The notes under the pieces were generated by a model. The model made no database searches and had not been told where the DNA came from. It saw nothing but the letters and a program-made list of their open reading frames with translations. Below are positions 45,644 to 55,807 of a stretch of DNA of 64,000 bases, one piece after another. Made by a program: the position numbers and the translations under genes. The stretch is taken from assembly GCA_021836035.1 (NCBI GenBank), contig JAKBJL010000001.1, positions 138,142 through 202,141 on the forward strand. The letters run 5' to 3'. Each line of letters opens with the position of its first letter. The stretch's first letter is position 1. This DNA comes from a bacterium (GTDB lineage: Bacteria > Patescibacteriota > Microgenomatia > JAMCZE01).

Positions 45644-46021
45644 TTATTCTTGGGGGGGAGTTTCCTCGGCCAGGTCTTTGACCATGGCGAAATAGAGATA
45701 TTGTACATCGCGGCTATGGCGCCCGTAAGAGGTTACCCTCAGGCGCAACATATCACCGTGAAGCTCATAATATCTGGCTTCATTGATGGGAATAGCAGTT
45801 CCTTCCTTCGTAACCGGATCTTCACCACCGGAACGTTCATAATAAACATCTCCGACCCTAGGCAAGACTTCTACCCTTAAATTTCCGATCCAATGTAAAC
45901 TGGCGTTCCTATAGAGAGGAAGCCGCTCTCTCTCAATTTCAAAAACTTCCCGTCTGATCTCGCCATGCAAGAGCCTAGCGGCTTTTCCTTTTACTCCCCG
46001 GACAAGCTCGGAAATTAACAT
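45644..46021 (-). CDS. Hypothetical protein (125 aa)
   Basis: ORF with typical composition and no recognisable motifs. Confidence 0.35.
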   Translation of the reverse strand: MLISELVRGVKGKAARLLHGEIRREVFEIERERLPLYRNASLHWIGNLRVEVLPRVGDVYYERSGGEDPVTKEGTAIPINEARYYELHGDMLRLRVTSYGRHSRDVQYLYFAMVKDLAEETPPQE

Positions 46022-46193
46022 GGGTAGACATTAACACCGGGCACAGGGCTTGTCAATGGTTGGCACCCAAATTTTAAATAACAGGCAATCCCTAACCCAA
46101 TTTAGTAACCCAGATATTAATTGACACATACTAAAAAGCTGTTAATATGGCCATAACCACACGATATAAAGTGTTGAACGGCAACAGAAAATC

Positions 46194-46535
46194 TTGCAAA
46201 GGGCCCTGCGGGAAATAAAAGCCACCCCCAATATTAAAAGCATATCCCTACCGGAAGAATTATCGACCGCGCGGTGTTGGAGATATGGGATTGATTTGTT
46301 AATTGAAGCTACAGAAAATAATGGGAAAACAGCCCATAAAGCAATTTTAAAAGCATTTTCCGGTGCTGAACCGCCAATTGTTCATAATCGCGGCGAGCCC
46401 CATTGGGGCGGGCAACCCATCGCCGATCCCCACGGCGTCCGACCGTTAGTTTATGACGAGGAGCTTCTGAGTAAATCGCCGGGAGTGAAAGAATCGTTTA
46501 TCAGAGCAAAGAGGCTATTCCCGGACCACGAATAA
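46194..46535 (+). CDS. Hypothetical protein (113 aa)
   Basis: ORF only. Confidence 0.3.
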   Translation: MQRALREIKATPNIKSISLPEELSTARCWRYGIDLLIEATENNGKTAHKAILKAFSGAEPPIVHNRGEPHWGGQPIADPHGVRPLVYDEELLSKSPGVKESFIRAKRLFPDHE

Positions 46536-46543
46536 GCCGACTT

Positions 46544-47629
46544 TTAACTGTTAAAGTCCAACCCCGGGTCAGCGTCAACTTTTCCGACAGGAACCGGATG
46601 GTGATTAAAATAAGCCGCGGAGGCGATATAGGCTGCGTTGTCGGTGCATAACTTTATCTTGGGAACATGAATTGCGAATTGCGAACCGTCAAATTGCGAA
46701 TTAAGTTTCTCGCGGAGGCGGGAATTAGCTGCGACGCCGCCGGCCAACAGAACGGACCGGGTACGGAATTTTTCCGCCGCCCGGAGGGTTTTATATACCA
46801 GGACATCGGTGACGGACTCCTGCAGCTCAGCAGCCAGGGCTGATGAAAAGAAGATTTCTTCTGCAGAAGAAATCTTCTTTTTTAGCTCATTAGCCACCGC
46901 AGTTTTGAGGCCGCTGAAACTGAAGTCAAATTGCTTGTCATAAAGCAACGGACGGGGCAATTTAATTTGGAATTTGGAATTTGGAATTTGGAATTTGGAA
47001 GCCGCAGCTTCTATTGCCGGGCCGCCGGGGTAGCCGAGGTTTAACAGCCGGGCACATTTGTCAAAACATTCGCCCGCAGCATCGTCCCGGGTCCCCCCAA
47101 GCCGTTTAAATTTTCCATGGTTTTCCATAAGCACTAATTCCGTATGGCCGCCGCTGACAATAAGAACGACGGCGGGGAATTCCGGCCTCGGGCTATTTGC
47201 CCCGCCCAGCCAATTCGCATAAATGTGGCCGACCAAATGGTTAACGGGAACAAGCGGTTTATTCCAGGCAAGGGCTAAGGCCTTGGCTGTTTCCACGCCG
47301 ACGAGTAAACTGCCGATCAGACCGGGACCGACGGTCACGGCAAGGGCATCTATATCAGAGGCTAGCGGATGGCGGTAAGTATATAGACCGGGTAATATTT
47401 TTTCTTTACGCTTTACGCTAAACGCTTTACGCTCCGGATTTAAGGCTTCATTTATCACCGGAATAATCGCCCTAATTTGTTCCCGCGCGGCTTGTTCGGG
47501 AATAATCCCGCCGTATTTGGCGTGAATTTCCTGCGAACTGGCAACCACATTAGAAACAATTTCCGTGCCATCTTTTACGATAGCAGCTGCCGTTTCGTCA
47601 CAGGAGGTCTCGATAGCGAGGATTGTCAT
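46544..47629 (-). CDS. tsaD: tRNA N6-adenosine threonylcarbamoyltransferase TsaD (Kae1/Qri7 family), with in-frame heptad-repeat segments
   Basis: MTILAIETSCDETAAAIV start. HxxGH metal site (NHLVGHIYANWL). SGGHTELV, GYPGGPAIE, LCTDNAAYIA. 361 aa against about 335-340 for typical orthologs. Confidence 0.85.
   Translation of the reverse strand: MTILAIETSCDETAAAIVKDGTEIVSNVVASSQEIHAKYGGIIPEQAAREQIRAIIPVINEALNPERKAFSVKRKEKILPGLYTYRHPLASDIDALAVTVGPGLIGSLLVGVETAKALALAWNKPLVPVNHLVGHIYANWLGGANSPRPEFPAVVLIVSGGHTELVLMENHGKFKRLGGTRDDAAGECFDKCARLLNLGYPGGPAIEAAASKFQIPNSKFQIKLPRPLLYDKQFDFSFSGLKTAVANELKKKISSAEEIFFSSALAAELQESVTDVLVYKTLRAAEKFRTRSVLLAGGVAANSRLREKLNSQFDGSQFAIHVPKIKLCTDNAAYIASAAYFNHHPVPVGKVDADPGLDFNS
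46669..46702 (-). repeat. (GCAATTC)-type heptad repeats inside tsaD, the same family as the lepA repeats
   Basis: Plus strand gaattgcgaattgcgaaccgtcaaattgcgaatt; the minus strand encodes LNSQFDGSQFAI. Confidence 0.75.
46964..46998 (-). repeat. (AATTTGG)x5 heptanucleotide tandem repeat inside tsaD
   Basis: Five perfect tandem units; the minus strand encodes SKFQIPNSKFQIK. Confidence 0.85.
47404..47433 (-). repeat. (CTTTACG)x4 heptanucleotide tandem repeat inside tsaD (one unit CTAAACG)
   Basis: Encodes ERKAFSVKRKEK. It lies within a segment of about 24 aa that is absent from typical TsaD, between the ALNP and DIDALAVTVGPG regions. Confidence 0.8.
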
Positions 47630-47670
47630 ATTATATAGGCAAATTCTACTACAAATGGTAAGATAAAATT

Positions 47671-47898
47671 ATGGAGCCGGGAAAATATCTTGAGGGTAGA
47701 ACCGAGGAAGAACAACGCAATTTTTGGTTGGAAGAAATGCGGGAAAAATCACCGGAAGAGCTGAAAAAAGAGCTAACGGCAGAAATTAAGTTTGCCACCG
47801 AAGATTATCCTAAGATCAACAGCAGCGGGCGGGTTGGTGCCCCCTCTGCTTCTAATTGGAAAATAAACGCTTTAAGAGAGCTACTTAACGAGGGTTAA
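47671..47898 (+). CDS. Small hypothetical protein (75 aa)
   Basis: ORF in the tsaD-glycosyltransferase spacer; acidic and Lys-rich. Confidence 0.3.
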   Translation: MEPGKYLEGRTEEEQRNFWLEEMREKSPEELKKELTAEIKFATEDYPKINSSGRVGAPSASNWKINALRELLNEG

Positions 47899-49737
47899 AT
47901 CCCCATTAATTTTATAAACCGTATCTTCTCCCCGGGAATAGATTGTCGGGTAGTTGGTGTCGAAGAAGGCTTTGTTAAACCCCCGGGAAATTTCTACCGG
48001 TCCGATAAATACGTAATCAATCCCATTTTGGGCCAAAAGCCTTTTGGCTTCCGGTCCGCCTTCCTTAATTTGTGCGACGATTTGCTGGCGCGGAGCATAA
48101 TCAATCCCGTAGGACCAGAGCCAGCCGGGGAAACCCAAAAAAATTTTGCGCCCGGCCAGCGACGCGACCGGGTTGTCATGATTGTCGGCGGTTAAAAAAA
48201 CCGCGTCGGAAGGCGTGTTCTCTTTAATAAACTCAGCGGCCGTTACCTGTTGGCGGCCGAAAAGACGCTGTTTATTTTTCTCAAACCGGAAAAGCTGGCT
48301 GACATCGTAAAAACCGGAAACGGTACTCAGCGCAAAGAGTACAAGCGCAAATACAAGAAAAAAAGGATTTTTAGAAGCAAACATTTTTTGGAGAAGGATG
48401 CCGGCAGAAATGGCAGCCCCCAGATACCAATAGGTTAATAACTTGGAATTGTCCCAATCCCAGGGTTGGAAAAGAAAAAGGTGGGCCAGGATAAAAAGAG
48501 AAAAAAACGGCAATAGAAAAAGACGCAGCGTTCGGGGCATGAAGAATAAGCCGACAAGAGACAAAAAGAGCATCGGGCAGAAGTTTTTTAACCAAAAAAG
48601 GAAAATATTGCCACGGGCCATCCAGCCGGGCTTAAACTGAAAAAAACTATTGAGACGGCTGCCGAAATAAAAATAATATATTGCCGGCAGGGCCAGGATA
48701 AGAATAGGCAGGGCAAATCCGAGCCAGAGAAAAACCCGCCGCCGGCTCCTTAAAAAATCTTTGAGAAATACCCAGCCGGAAACCAGGATGATTACTAGGA
48801 AGCTGTGGGCGTGGACTAAAACAACTAAGGCAGTGAGCGTGCCGGCTAAAAAATAAAGCCGGAAACCGGCTTTTCCTTGCCAGATTTGCCAGAGGAGATA
48901 AAAAACTATCAGGGCCAACGGAAAAGCGAGGGCAAAACCGCGCTGGGGAACGAACTGGGTGGTCAGAACGTTAGCCCACTGGATATTTTGGCTATCGATT
49001 TTTGTCGCCTGGGAATAAATATCCGGTTGCTGCAGGACATAATAGATTCCTAAACCGCCGTTGCCCAAGAAGAGAAGGGCAGCCAGAGCCGCGCTCCCGA
49101 ATTTACCGCTTAAATTTGCCGCCAGCCGGGTAAGGAGAATGATAGCGCTGAGGGTAAACAAAAGGCTGGGGAAAACCAGGGCGGCCGTAATGTCGAGGTT
49201 CAGCTTAAGCAGGAAAGCGGAAAAGAGGTCAGTTAAGAAAGGGTAGGAAAGAACCTGCCCGGCGAAAATAGGCATCTGCGGGGGAAAATTGCGGCCATAA
49301 ACAAATCCGGTGGTATAGGCCAAATGGGCCGCCCAATCACCCCAGACGGTAATCCAACCGGAAAAAAGTTCCCCGCTTTGCCAAAACAAGAGACGGGGGA
49401 AAATAAAAAATCCCAAAACAGTCAACCCCCCAAAAAAACAGGTTTTACCCAGAGTTTTCCGGGAAAGCGGGGGAGCTATAAAGCGTTTTCTTATTAAATA
49501 AAAGAAAGAAAGAAGAGTTGCACCGAAGAGGAAAAGAAGAAGCGGCCGAGCAGCGATTTGTCCTAGGGCTAAGGACAGCCCGAGAACGACCCAGGTGAAA
49601 AATACGGTGCCGATAACAAAACCGCCGACCAAATCATAAGTGTTCCATTTTTTCTGCCCCGAACCCCAAACCCAGAGGGCTAATCCGCTGGTGGTTAGCG
49701 GCAAAAGCAGCGAAATAAATATCAGGATTTCAGCCAT
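47881..49737 (-). CDS. GT-C-fold glycosyltransferase (PMT/ArnT-like dolichyl-phosphate-mannose-protein mannosyltransferase family)
   Basis: 618 aa, with about 12 TM helices and a C-terminal soluble domain, the typical GT39/GT83 architecture. Confidence 0.5.
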   Translation of the reverse strand: MAEILIFISLLLPLTTSGLALWVWGSGQKKWNTYDLVGGFVIGTVFFTWVVLGLSLALGQIAARPLLLFLFGATLLSFFYLIRKRFIAPPLSRKTLGKTCFFGGLTVLGFFIFPRLLFWQSGELFSGWITVWGDWAAHLAYTTGFVYGRNFPPQMPIFAGQVLSYPFLTDLFSAFLLKLNLDITAALVFPSLLFTLSAIILLTRLAANLSGKFGSAALAALLFLGNGGLGIYYVLQQPDIYSQATKIDSQNIQWANVLTTQFVPQRGFALAFPLALIVFYLLWQIWQGKAGFRLYFLAGTLTALVVLVHAHSFLVIILVSGWVFLKDFLRSRRRVFLWLGFALPILILALPAIYYFYFGSRLNSFFQFKPGWMARGNIFLFWLKNFCPMLFLSLVGLFFMPRTLRLFLLPFFSLFILAHLFLFQPWDWDNSKLLTYWYLGAAISAGILLQKMFASKNPFFLVFALVLFALSTVSGFYDVSQLFRFEKNKQRLFGRQQVTAAEFIKENTPSDAVFLTADNHDNPVASLAGRKIFLGFPGWLWSYGIDYAPRQQIVAQIKEGGPEAKRLLAQNGIDYVFIGPVEISRGFNKAFFDTNYPTIYSRGEDTVYKINGDLTLVK

Positions 49738-50960
49738 AAAGTTAGTTCGGTAAGAAAAATAAACAAAACCAGGAGCAGACAGTTGCGTAGGGCCAGAAGC
49801 CAGAAGACCCAGGCATCGTTGCCGGAAGTATAAAAGACTCCCAGTAACTCATTGTAACGCAGGGGGTAAATATATTGGCTCAGGAGCGAAATAAAAAGAA
49901 TTAGAAAAAAACCGAGAGACCAAAGGCGGGTTTCCCGATTATTCCCGCTCTCGGTGGGCGGGGTGAGCGCCGGGAAAAGAAGGAAAGCCCAGAGAAGATA
50001 TTGGGCGGTGAGGATTTTAGAAAAAGTTAAAAAAAGCAGAATGATAGTTATTGCCGGCAGCAACGGAGAGATTTGACGCGGCGCTTTAAAAATCAGCCAG
50101 AAATAATAGAGGCCCAGAGGAACGAGCCAGAAGAAGTTATAAAAAAACAAGGGGCCGGGAGTATACTGCGGCGCAATTCCGAAAATACCGGTAGCCCCTT
50201 TACCCAAAGCATACGTACCGGTTGTCAGCCAGGGAATGAGGGTAAGAATCGTGCCCCAAAGACTTTCCGCATGGACCGGTTTTAAAGCGTGAACGTCGGC
50301 GTTAGTAATAAGGTCGGCGGGGGGTACCTGGAAAAACAAGAGGTAAAGAAGGATAACCGCGGCTGCGCCCATCAGAAAGATTGCCGTCTGGACCGCGGCC
50401 GTCTTAATATGCCGGCTTTTGACCGCCGGAAGGAGATAGTAGGGCAAAAGCAGGGCGGGGTAGATTTTGATACTGGTCGCTATTCCTAGCAGGAAAAAAG
50501 CCCGTCCCGCCTTTCGTTTTACTAAAAACCAGAGGGATAACAAGGTAAAAAAGACGACATAAAGATCAAAACGATAGAGAACAATCGGTCCCATAAAAAG
50601 CAGGATTAAAGCGAAGACCAGGATGCTTAAATTGTTTCCCGAAAATTTCCGGTAAAGACCGGCCAAAGCGATGATAAAAAGAATATTGGCGGCGAACAAG
50701 CCTGCCAGATATAAATTATTGCTGTTTTGCCAAAGAAGTAAAGGGGAAAGCGCCAGAAAAAAAAGAACCGCGCCCGGCTGGTACTCATTGTAGCCCAGAC
50801 CGGTGAGATTATGGTTGACTAAAAAATAACGTGCGCGGGAGAGATAAAAACCGTCAGCATCAACCCGTAGGTGGTAGGACCAGGCGGGGTGGGTAGCCAG
50901 GAGAACCAGAGTAATTATGGTCAGGGATAAAAATAATTTGCTGAAATGTTTATCGGGCAT
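49722..50960 (-). CDS. Polytopic membrane protein, probable glycosyltransferase (GT-C-like)
   Basis: 412 aa, with more than 10 TM helices. Overlaps the downstream glycosyltransferase gene by 16 nt. Confidence 0.4.
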   Translation of the reverse strand: MPDKHFSKLFLSLTIITLVLLATHPAWSYHLRVDADGFYLSRARYFLVNHNLTGLGYNEYQPGAVLFFLALSPLLLWQNSNNLYLAGLFAANILFIIALAGLYRKFSGNNLSILVFALILLFMGPIVLYRFDLYVVFFTLLSLWFLVKRKAGRAFFLLGIATSIKIYPALLLPYYLLPAVKSRHIKTAAVQTAIFLMGAAAVILLYLLFFQVPPADLITNADVHALKPVHAESLWGTILTLIPWLTTGTYALGKGATGIFGIAPQYTPGPLFFYNFFWLVPLGLYYFWLIFKAPRQISPLLPAITIILLFLTFSKILTAQYLLWAFLLFPALTPPTESGNNRETRLWSLGFFLILFISLLSQYIYPLRYNELLGVFYTSGNDAWVFWLLALRNCLLLVLFIFLTELTLWLKS

Positions 50961-50981
50961 CTGCGGTTAGTTTTTATGAAT

Positions 50982-52409
50982 CTAATTTGCTTTGGTTCCC
51001 CTGAGAAAACGGGCGGGCCAGGGGACGTAATCGGAAGTCACGGTTTCATCGATAAGAACCTCTCCGTTTCTCGTTACCGTCCGCTTAAAGAAGACCTTGG
51101 CACCGCTGTGGGCGGTATCAACTTGCTGGACAATACCCACGGGAAGGTTGGGGGCGTCTTCGTAAATGGGGTCGGGCGGAGGGGTGGAGGAGAGAATAAC
51201 CGGATCGGAAATTTTAGTTTTTCGCCCGTCGGCAGTGCCGAAAAGATCAAAGGTTAGTTGCGATTTTTCCTGGTCAAAAGTTGCCTGGAGGAGAATCCAG
51301 CCGGGCGTATCATTTTCAAATTTTAAATCCGGGGAAGGGGGATAAACAGTTGCGTCTAAGCCCGGCTTAAAGCCGCCTTGTTCATAAAATCCTACCCGGT
51401 AGCTGTGAGCTACCCGTTCAATAATGGGTAATCCGGCGTTAAGGGCGGCTCGATAGAGAGTGGTTGAAACCTGGCAGACGCCGCCGCCGTCGTCTAAAAC
51501 GGTTTTATTATTTTTAATAATATAGGCTTTTTGAAAACCGAAAACGGCGGAAATGGTTCCGATGGAATTGTCAAAGGAAAAAGTTTCCCCGGGGGCGATG
51601 AGGGAGCCGGAAATCTTTTCCGCGCCGATACGGATATTATCCACCCTGCCCGGTATAGAGTCATAAAAATAGGAAGTGCCGCTGCCGAGGAGATCTTTAA
51701 GGCCCAGGGAGTCGGCCGCGGTAGAGTTGACCTTCGGCGTTATGGTAGTTACCGGCAGGGGCAAAAGGCATTCCGTTTCCCCGGCGCAGGTTTGGCCCGT
51801 AATTAAAGAGGTAAAGATGTTTAATAGTTTTTCGTGATCGATTTCCCGACCGTTTCGGGAGGGAGCAAAGGCGACCACCCGTCCTTTGTGGTCCGGTCCG
51901 GCTTCGGGTTCAAATTTAAATTGGGCATCAACGGGGGTAACGGCAATGCTGCGGTTATAAAGGCCCTCGGTCTCCGATAGCAGATTGCCGTCGTAAGCAA
52001 TTTCCGCCGGCAGGTCAATACCGCCGCTGAAAGCGGCAATTTTCTGCACCAGGTTGTTATAAAAGTTATCCGTTTGCCGGCCGACGGAATAAGCGCGGCT
52101 GCTCATTTGCCGGGTATTAAAATGCAGATTAAGCGCCGGCAGGTCTAAGGGATAAGAGTTGTCTTCATAAATAAAAGCGACCCCTGACGGTAGTACCAAG
52201 CGGGCCCGGAAATAAGCGGTGAGCTCTTCGGGCGTCCGGCCGCCGAAATTTACCCCCGCGACTTTTACCCCGGGATAGATTTTCCCCCGGAAGGAATATT
52301 CAAAAAGGTAATTTGCTCCGACGGCCAAGAAGAGGAGAATTAAAATAAAAATCTCGCTAACCAAAATCAGCTTCTTGAGCAGTTTTTCAATTTGTGATAA
52401 CTTAACCAT
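50982..52409 (-). CDS. VanW-family protein
   Basis: N-terminal TM helix, then IYPGVKVAGVNFGGRTPEEL. A C-terminal VanW-like region. Confidence 0.6.
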   Translation of the reverse strand: MVKLSQIEKLLKKLILVSEIFILILLFLAVGANYLFEYSFRGKIYPGVKVAGVNFGGRTPEELTAYFRARLVLPSGVAFIYEDNSYPLDLPALNLHFNTRQMSSRAYSVGRQTDNFYNNLVQKIAAFSGGIDLPAEIAYDGNLLSETEGLYNRSIAVTPVDAQFKFEPEAGPDHKGRVVAFAPSRNGREIDHEKLLNIFTSLITGQTCAGETECLLPLPVTTITPKVNSTAADSLGLKDLLGSGTSYFYDSIPGRVDNIRIGAEKISGSLIAPGETFSFDNSIGTISAVFGFQKAYIIKNNKTVLDDGGGVCQVSTTLYRAALNAGLPIIERVAHSYRVGFYEQGGFKPGLDATVYPPSPDLKFENDTPGWILLQATFDQEKSQLTFDLFGTADGRKTKISDPVILSSTPPPDPIYEDAPNLPVGIVQQVDTAHSGAKVFFKRTVTRNGEVLIDETVTSDYVPWPARFLRGTKAN

Positions 52410-52428
52410 ACAGTCTCTATTTTAATCT

Positions 52429-53736
52429 ATGGCGGTCGGAAAATTAATTGCTGTTCTTTTGGGGGTGCTGGCTTTTTTAATTGTGGTCGTTTTGATCCTG
52501 GCCAAGGTTTTTTTTGGCGGCCTCTCCCCGGTTACCTTAGAGTATTGGGGCCTTTGGGAACCGGAATCGGTGATGAATGTGGCGATTACCGATTACGAGC
52601 GACTTCACCCTAATATTAAAATCAATTACAAAAAACAATCGCCGATTCAGTACCGGGACCGGCTGGCTCTGCTTTTGGCCGGCAATAGCAGCCCGGATAT
52701 CTTTCGCTTTCATAATAGTTGGCTGCCGATGCTAAAAGACGATCTTTCTCCCGTGCCGGGCAGTGCTTATACGACTACAGCCTTCCAGAGCACTTTTTAT
52801 CCCGTTGCCCAAAAAGACCTTTATTTAAACGGCCGCTATTACGGGATTCCCCTGGAGGTTGACACCTTGCTTCTCTATATAAATAATGACATTTTTACCG
52901 AAAGGGGGATGGTAGCCCCGCTTCTTTGGCAGCCGGATTTTATTGATGCCGCTAAAAATCTGAAAGTGGAAAACGGGGACCTACTAATCCGCGGCGGAGC
53001 GGCTTTAGGTAACGCCGGCAATGTCACCCACTGGCAGGATATTTTAGCCCTGATATCGCTGCAGAACCGAGCAGACTTTGGAAAATACACGGACAGCAGC
53101 GCTAAAAACGCCCTCGGCTTTTATACTGATTTTGAAAAAGTGGACAAGGTTTGGGATCAGTCTCAGGACGAGAGCAAAATGGCTTTTGCCCGGGGGAACC
53201 TGGCGATGTTTTTCGGTTATTCCTGGGACTATTTTGATATTGTCGAAATGGCGAAAAATAGGAACACCCCGCTGAATTTTAAAGTGGTTCCCGTTCCGCA
53301 ATTACCGGGCGGAAATGTTAATTATGCTTCGTATTGGGTAGAGGGGGTAGCGAAGCGATCCCCGCACCAGCAGGAAGCCTGGGAGTTTTTAAAGTTCTTA
53401 AGCTCTAAAGAGGAATTGGCCAAGCTATATGAAGCGGAAACTAAGCTGCGGGGATTCGGGGAACCTTACGGGAGAGTGGACATGGCCGGTTTGGTTGCTG
53501 ACCAGCCGGTGGTGTCGGTAGTTTTGAATCAGGCGAAAACGGCGCAAAGCTGGTATTTAGACAGCCTTACCTGGGATGGGGATACGGGAATTAACAGCCG
53601 GATCGGCAATTATTTTGCCGATGCCGTCAATTCCCTTCTCCATGGCGGGCAGATCGAAAGCGCGCTGGATACCGTTTCCCAGGGAATTGGCCAGGTTCTT
53701 ACCTCTTATGGTGTAACCCCGGCAGCCGCAAGATAA
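52429..53736 (+). CDS. Extracellular solute-binding protein (ABC transporter, family 1-like) with an N-terminal membrane anchor
   Basis: TM anchor, then a two-lobe periplasmic-binding-protein-like sequence (e.g. WGLWEPE...YKKQ). Confidence 0.55.
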   Translation: MAVGKLIAVLLGVLAFLIVVVLILAKVFFGGLSPVTLEYWGLWEPESVMNVAITDYERLHPNIKINYKKQSPIQYRDRLALLLAGNSSPDIFRFHNSWLPMLKDDLSPVPGSAYTTTAFQSTFYPVAQKDLYLNGRYYGIPLEVDTLLLYINNDIFTERGMVAPLLWQPDFIDAAKNLKVENGDLLIRGGAALGNAGNVTHWQDILALISLQNRADFGKYTDSSAKNALGFYTDFEKVDKVWDQSQDESKMAFARGNLAMFFGYSWDYFDIVEMAKNRNTPLNFKVVPVPQLPGGNVNYASYWVEGVAKRSPHQQEAWEFLKFLSSKEELAKLYEAETKLRGFGEPYGRVDMAGLVADQPVVSVVLNQAKTAQSWYLDSLTWDGDTGINSRIGNYFADAVNSLLHGGQIESALDTVSQGIGQVLTSYGVTPAAAR

Positions 53737-53919
53737 TTTTTTTAGCTTAGGGTCCCGGTAACCGCTTTTCCCGGAAAGATATCCTGTCGCGCGGCAGTTT
53801 TAGAAGGCTTCTATTTGTTTTTTACTTTTTCCTGATTTTATAAAAAGAGGGGGGGCAAGCTGCGACCATCCGGGGTTCTCTGCGGTTGCTGCCCTTTCTG
53901 GGGTTAAAGTAGTTGGCAA

Positions 53920-54915
53920 TTATCTTCTGTCTGCCTCCTCTTTCCAGTAGAGGAGAAGGTCGCGGATAATAATGACCAAAGCGGAAATGACCGGGACGGA
54001 AAAGACAGCACCCCAAACCCCGGCTATTTTATAGCCAACCAAAAAAGAAATTAAGATGATAATCGGGTGGATTTTTAGGGCGGTGCCCAAAAGCTTCGGA
54101 GCCCAGACGTTATAAACTATCTGGGCGGCGATAACAATAATAATCACGGCAATAAACATTTTTTGGAGCGAGACGGTAAGTGTGGCTAAAATTACCGGCA
54201 GGAGAAAAATAATGGGGCCGACTACGGGGATGAAAGCTAATATGGCGGCGATGACGGCGGTGGAGAAGGAATAATTAATACCCAGGGCAAAAAGAGTTAA
54301 AAAGACCAGCAGGCCCAAAAAAGCGCCCATTAACGCCTGAACGCGTAAAAAAGTGGCAAAGGTGGTGTTTAAAACGTTTTCCAGGAAGCGGTAGTCGCTT
54401 TTATACGCCTCGGGGATAACTCTTAAAATAAATTGGGAAATTTCCTCGCGGGAGATAAGAACGTAAAATGAGAGAATAAAAACGAGCAACAGGCTGGTGG
54501 CAGTGGAGGCGACTCCGGTAGCCAAAGGAGCGAAGTTGGCGGTTAAAGAGGTGAGGAAATTTTCCAGGCGGATAGCCCAGACGGAATTTTCGGGAAAATA
54601 TTGCGAGAGGAGGGGAACGGCTTGGGAAAATTGAGTCACCGTCGCCGGAATAGCGACCCAGATAAGGATAATGGTAATGATAGCCAGGATAAGATAAATA
54701 GTGGCTGCCGCCCAGACGCGCGGGAAACTCTTGGCAGAAAGTTGAGTGACAAATGGTTCCAGAATAAAGGCGAGAATCCAGGAAAGAAAAAGGATCAGAA
54801 AAATGTCCGCAAAAATTGCCAGGAACGAGCCGAAAATAGACAAAAGGTATATGCTAAGAGCAATGATGCCTAAAAAGCCTAAAATTCGCCACTCGGGAAA
54901 CCGCGATAAATTCAT
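53920..54915 (-). CDS. AI-2E family transporter (PerM/UPF0118)
   Basis: 331 aa, with 7-8 TM helices and the length and topology typical of the family. Confidence 0.6.
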   Translation of the reverse strand: MNLSRFPEWRILGFLGIIALSIYLLSIFGSFLAIFADIFLILFLSWILAFILEPFVTQLSAKSFPRVWAAATIYLILAIITIILIWVAIPATVTQFSQAVPLLSQYFPENSVWAIRLENFLTSLTANFAPLATGVASTATSLLLVFILSFYVLISREEISQFILRVIPEAYKSDYRFLENVLNTTFATFLRVQALMGAFLGLLVFLTLFALGINYSFSTAVIAAILAFIPVVGPIIFLLPVILATLTVSLQKMFIAVIIIVIAAQIVYNVWAPKLLGTALKIHPIIILISFLVGYKIAGVWGAVFSVPVISALVIIIRDLLLYWKEEADRR

Positions 54916-54955
54916 AGTTTCACATCCGCCTTGTACTTAATGGATAATAACGCCA

Positions 54956-55807
54956 ATGCAGTTAAAGCGCAACCAGATTAAAACCCTGGCCTATTCCGAC
55001 TTATTTAACTATCCCCTAAGCGGCAAAGAGCTGAAACTTTGGGAAATCTCCGTGGGCCAGAAGGAGTCGGGTGAAAGCAAAATAAAAACCGGGCACCGCG
55101 ACGGCTTTTATTTTTTGCCCGGAAGAGCGGGCTTAGTGAATTTGCGCCGGGAGAGAGAAAAATATACGGCGGAGAAAAGGGTAAAAGGACAGGATGTTGC
55201 CAGGGTTCTGCAACGGATTCCTTTTGTTCGGGCAATATTTTTAACCGGCTCGGTTGCCGCCGGCAGCGCGGAGGAAAACGCAGATATTGATTTAATGATT
55301 GTGGTTCAACCCGGAGCCTTATGGCTGACCAGGCTTTCCGTCGTTACCTACCTGAAAATTAAAGGAATTTATTCGGGCCGGACTGGCCATAACCGGAATA
55401 AAATTTGCCCGAATATTTTTTTAGACCTAAATCATTTGCCAATTGCCGAGAGAAATTTATTCACGGCGCATGAAGTGTTACAGGCCCAGTGTCTTTTCGA
55501 TCGGGGAGGAATAGAAAAGCTGTGGTTTAAGAAAAACCCCTGGACAAGGGAATTTTTACCGAACATTTTTCAGCTTAAAGTAAAAGGCTTAAAGCAAATA
55601 GCCAAAACCAGGAATGCAGGCAGGGGGGACTTTTTGTGGTATCTAATTCTCCCCCTTGAGCTTTTAGCCTTTAGCCTCCAGTTGGTTTATATGAAGCCGA
55701 AGATGACAAACGAAAATGTTGGACTGGGTTTTGCTTTCTTCCATCCGCGGAATATTTCCGCTATTATTTTGCAACAATGGCAAAAAAGACTAGAATTACT
55801 AAAGTGA
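54956..55807 (+). CDS. Nucleotidyltransferase-fold protein
   Basis: A GS...D.D signature (FLTGSVAAGSAEENADIDLMIVV). Confidence 0.5.
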   Translation: MQLKRNQIKTLAYSDLFNYPLSGKELKLWEISVGQKESGESKIKTGHRDGFYFLPGRAGLVNLRREREKYTAEKRVKGQDVARVLQRIPFVRAIFLTGSVAAGSAEENADIDLMIVVQPGALWLTRLSVVTYLKIKGIYSGRTGHNRNKICPNIFLDLNHLPIAERNLFTAHEVLQAQCLFDRGGIEKLWFKKNPWTREFLPNIFQLKVKGLKQIAKTRNAGRGDFLWYLILPLELLAFSLQLVYMKPKMTNENVGLGFAFFHPRNISAIILQQWQKRLELLK

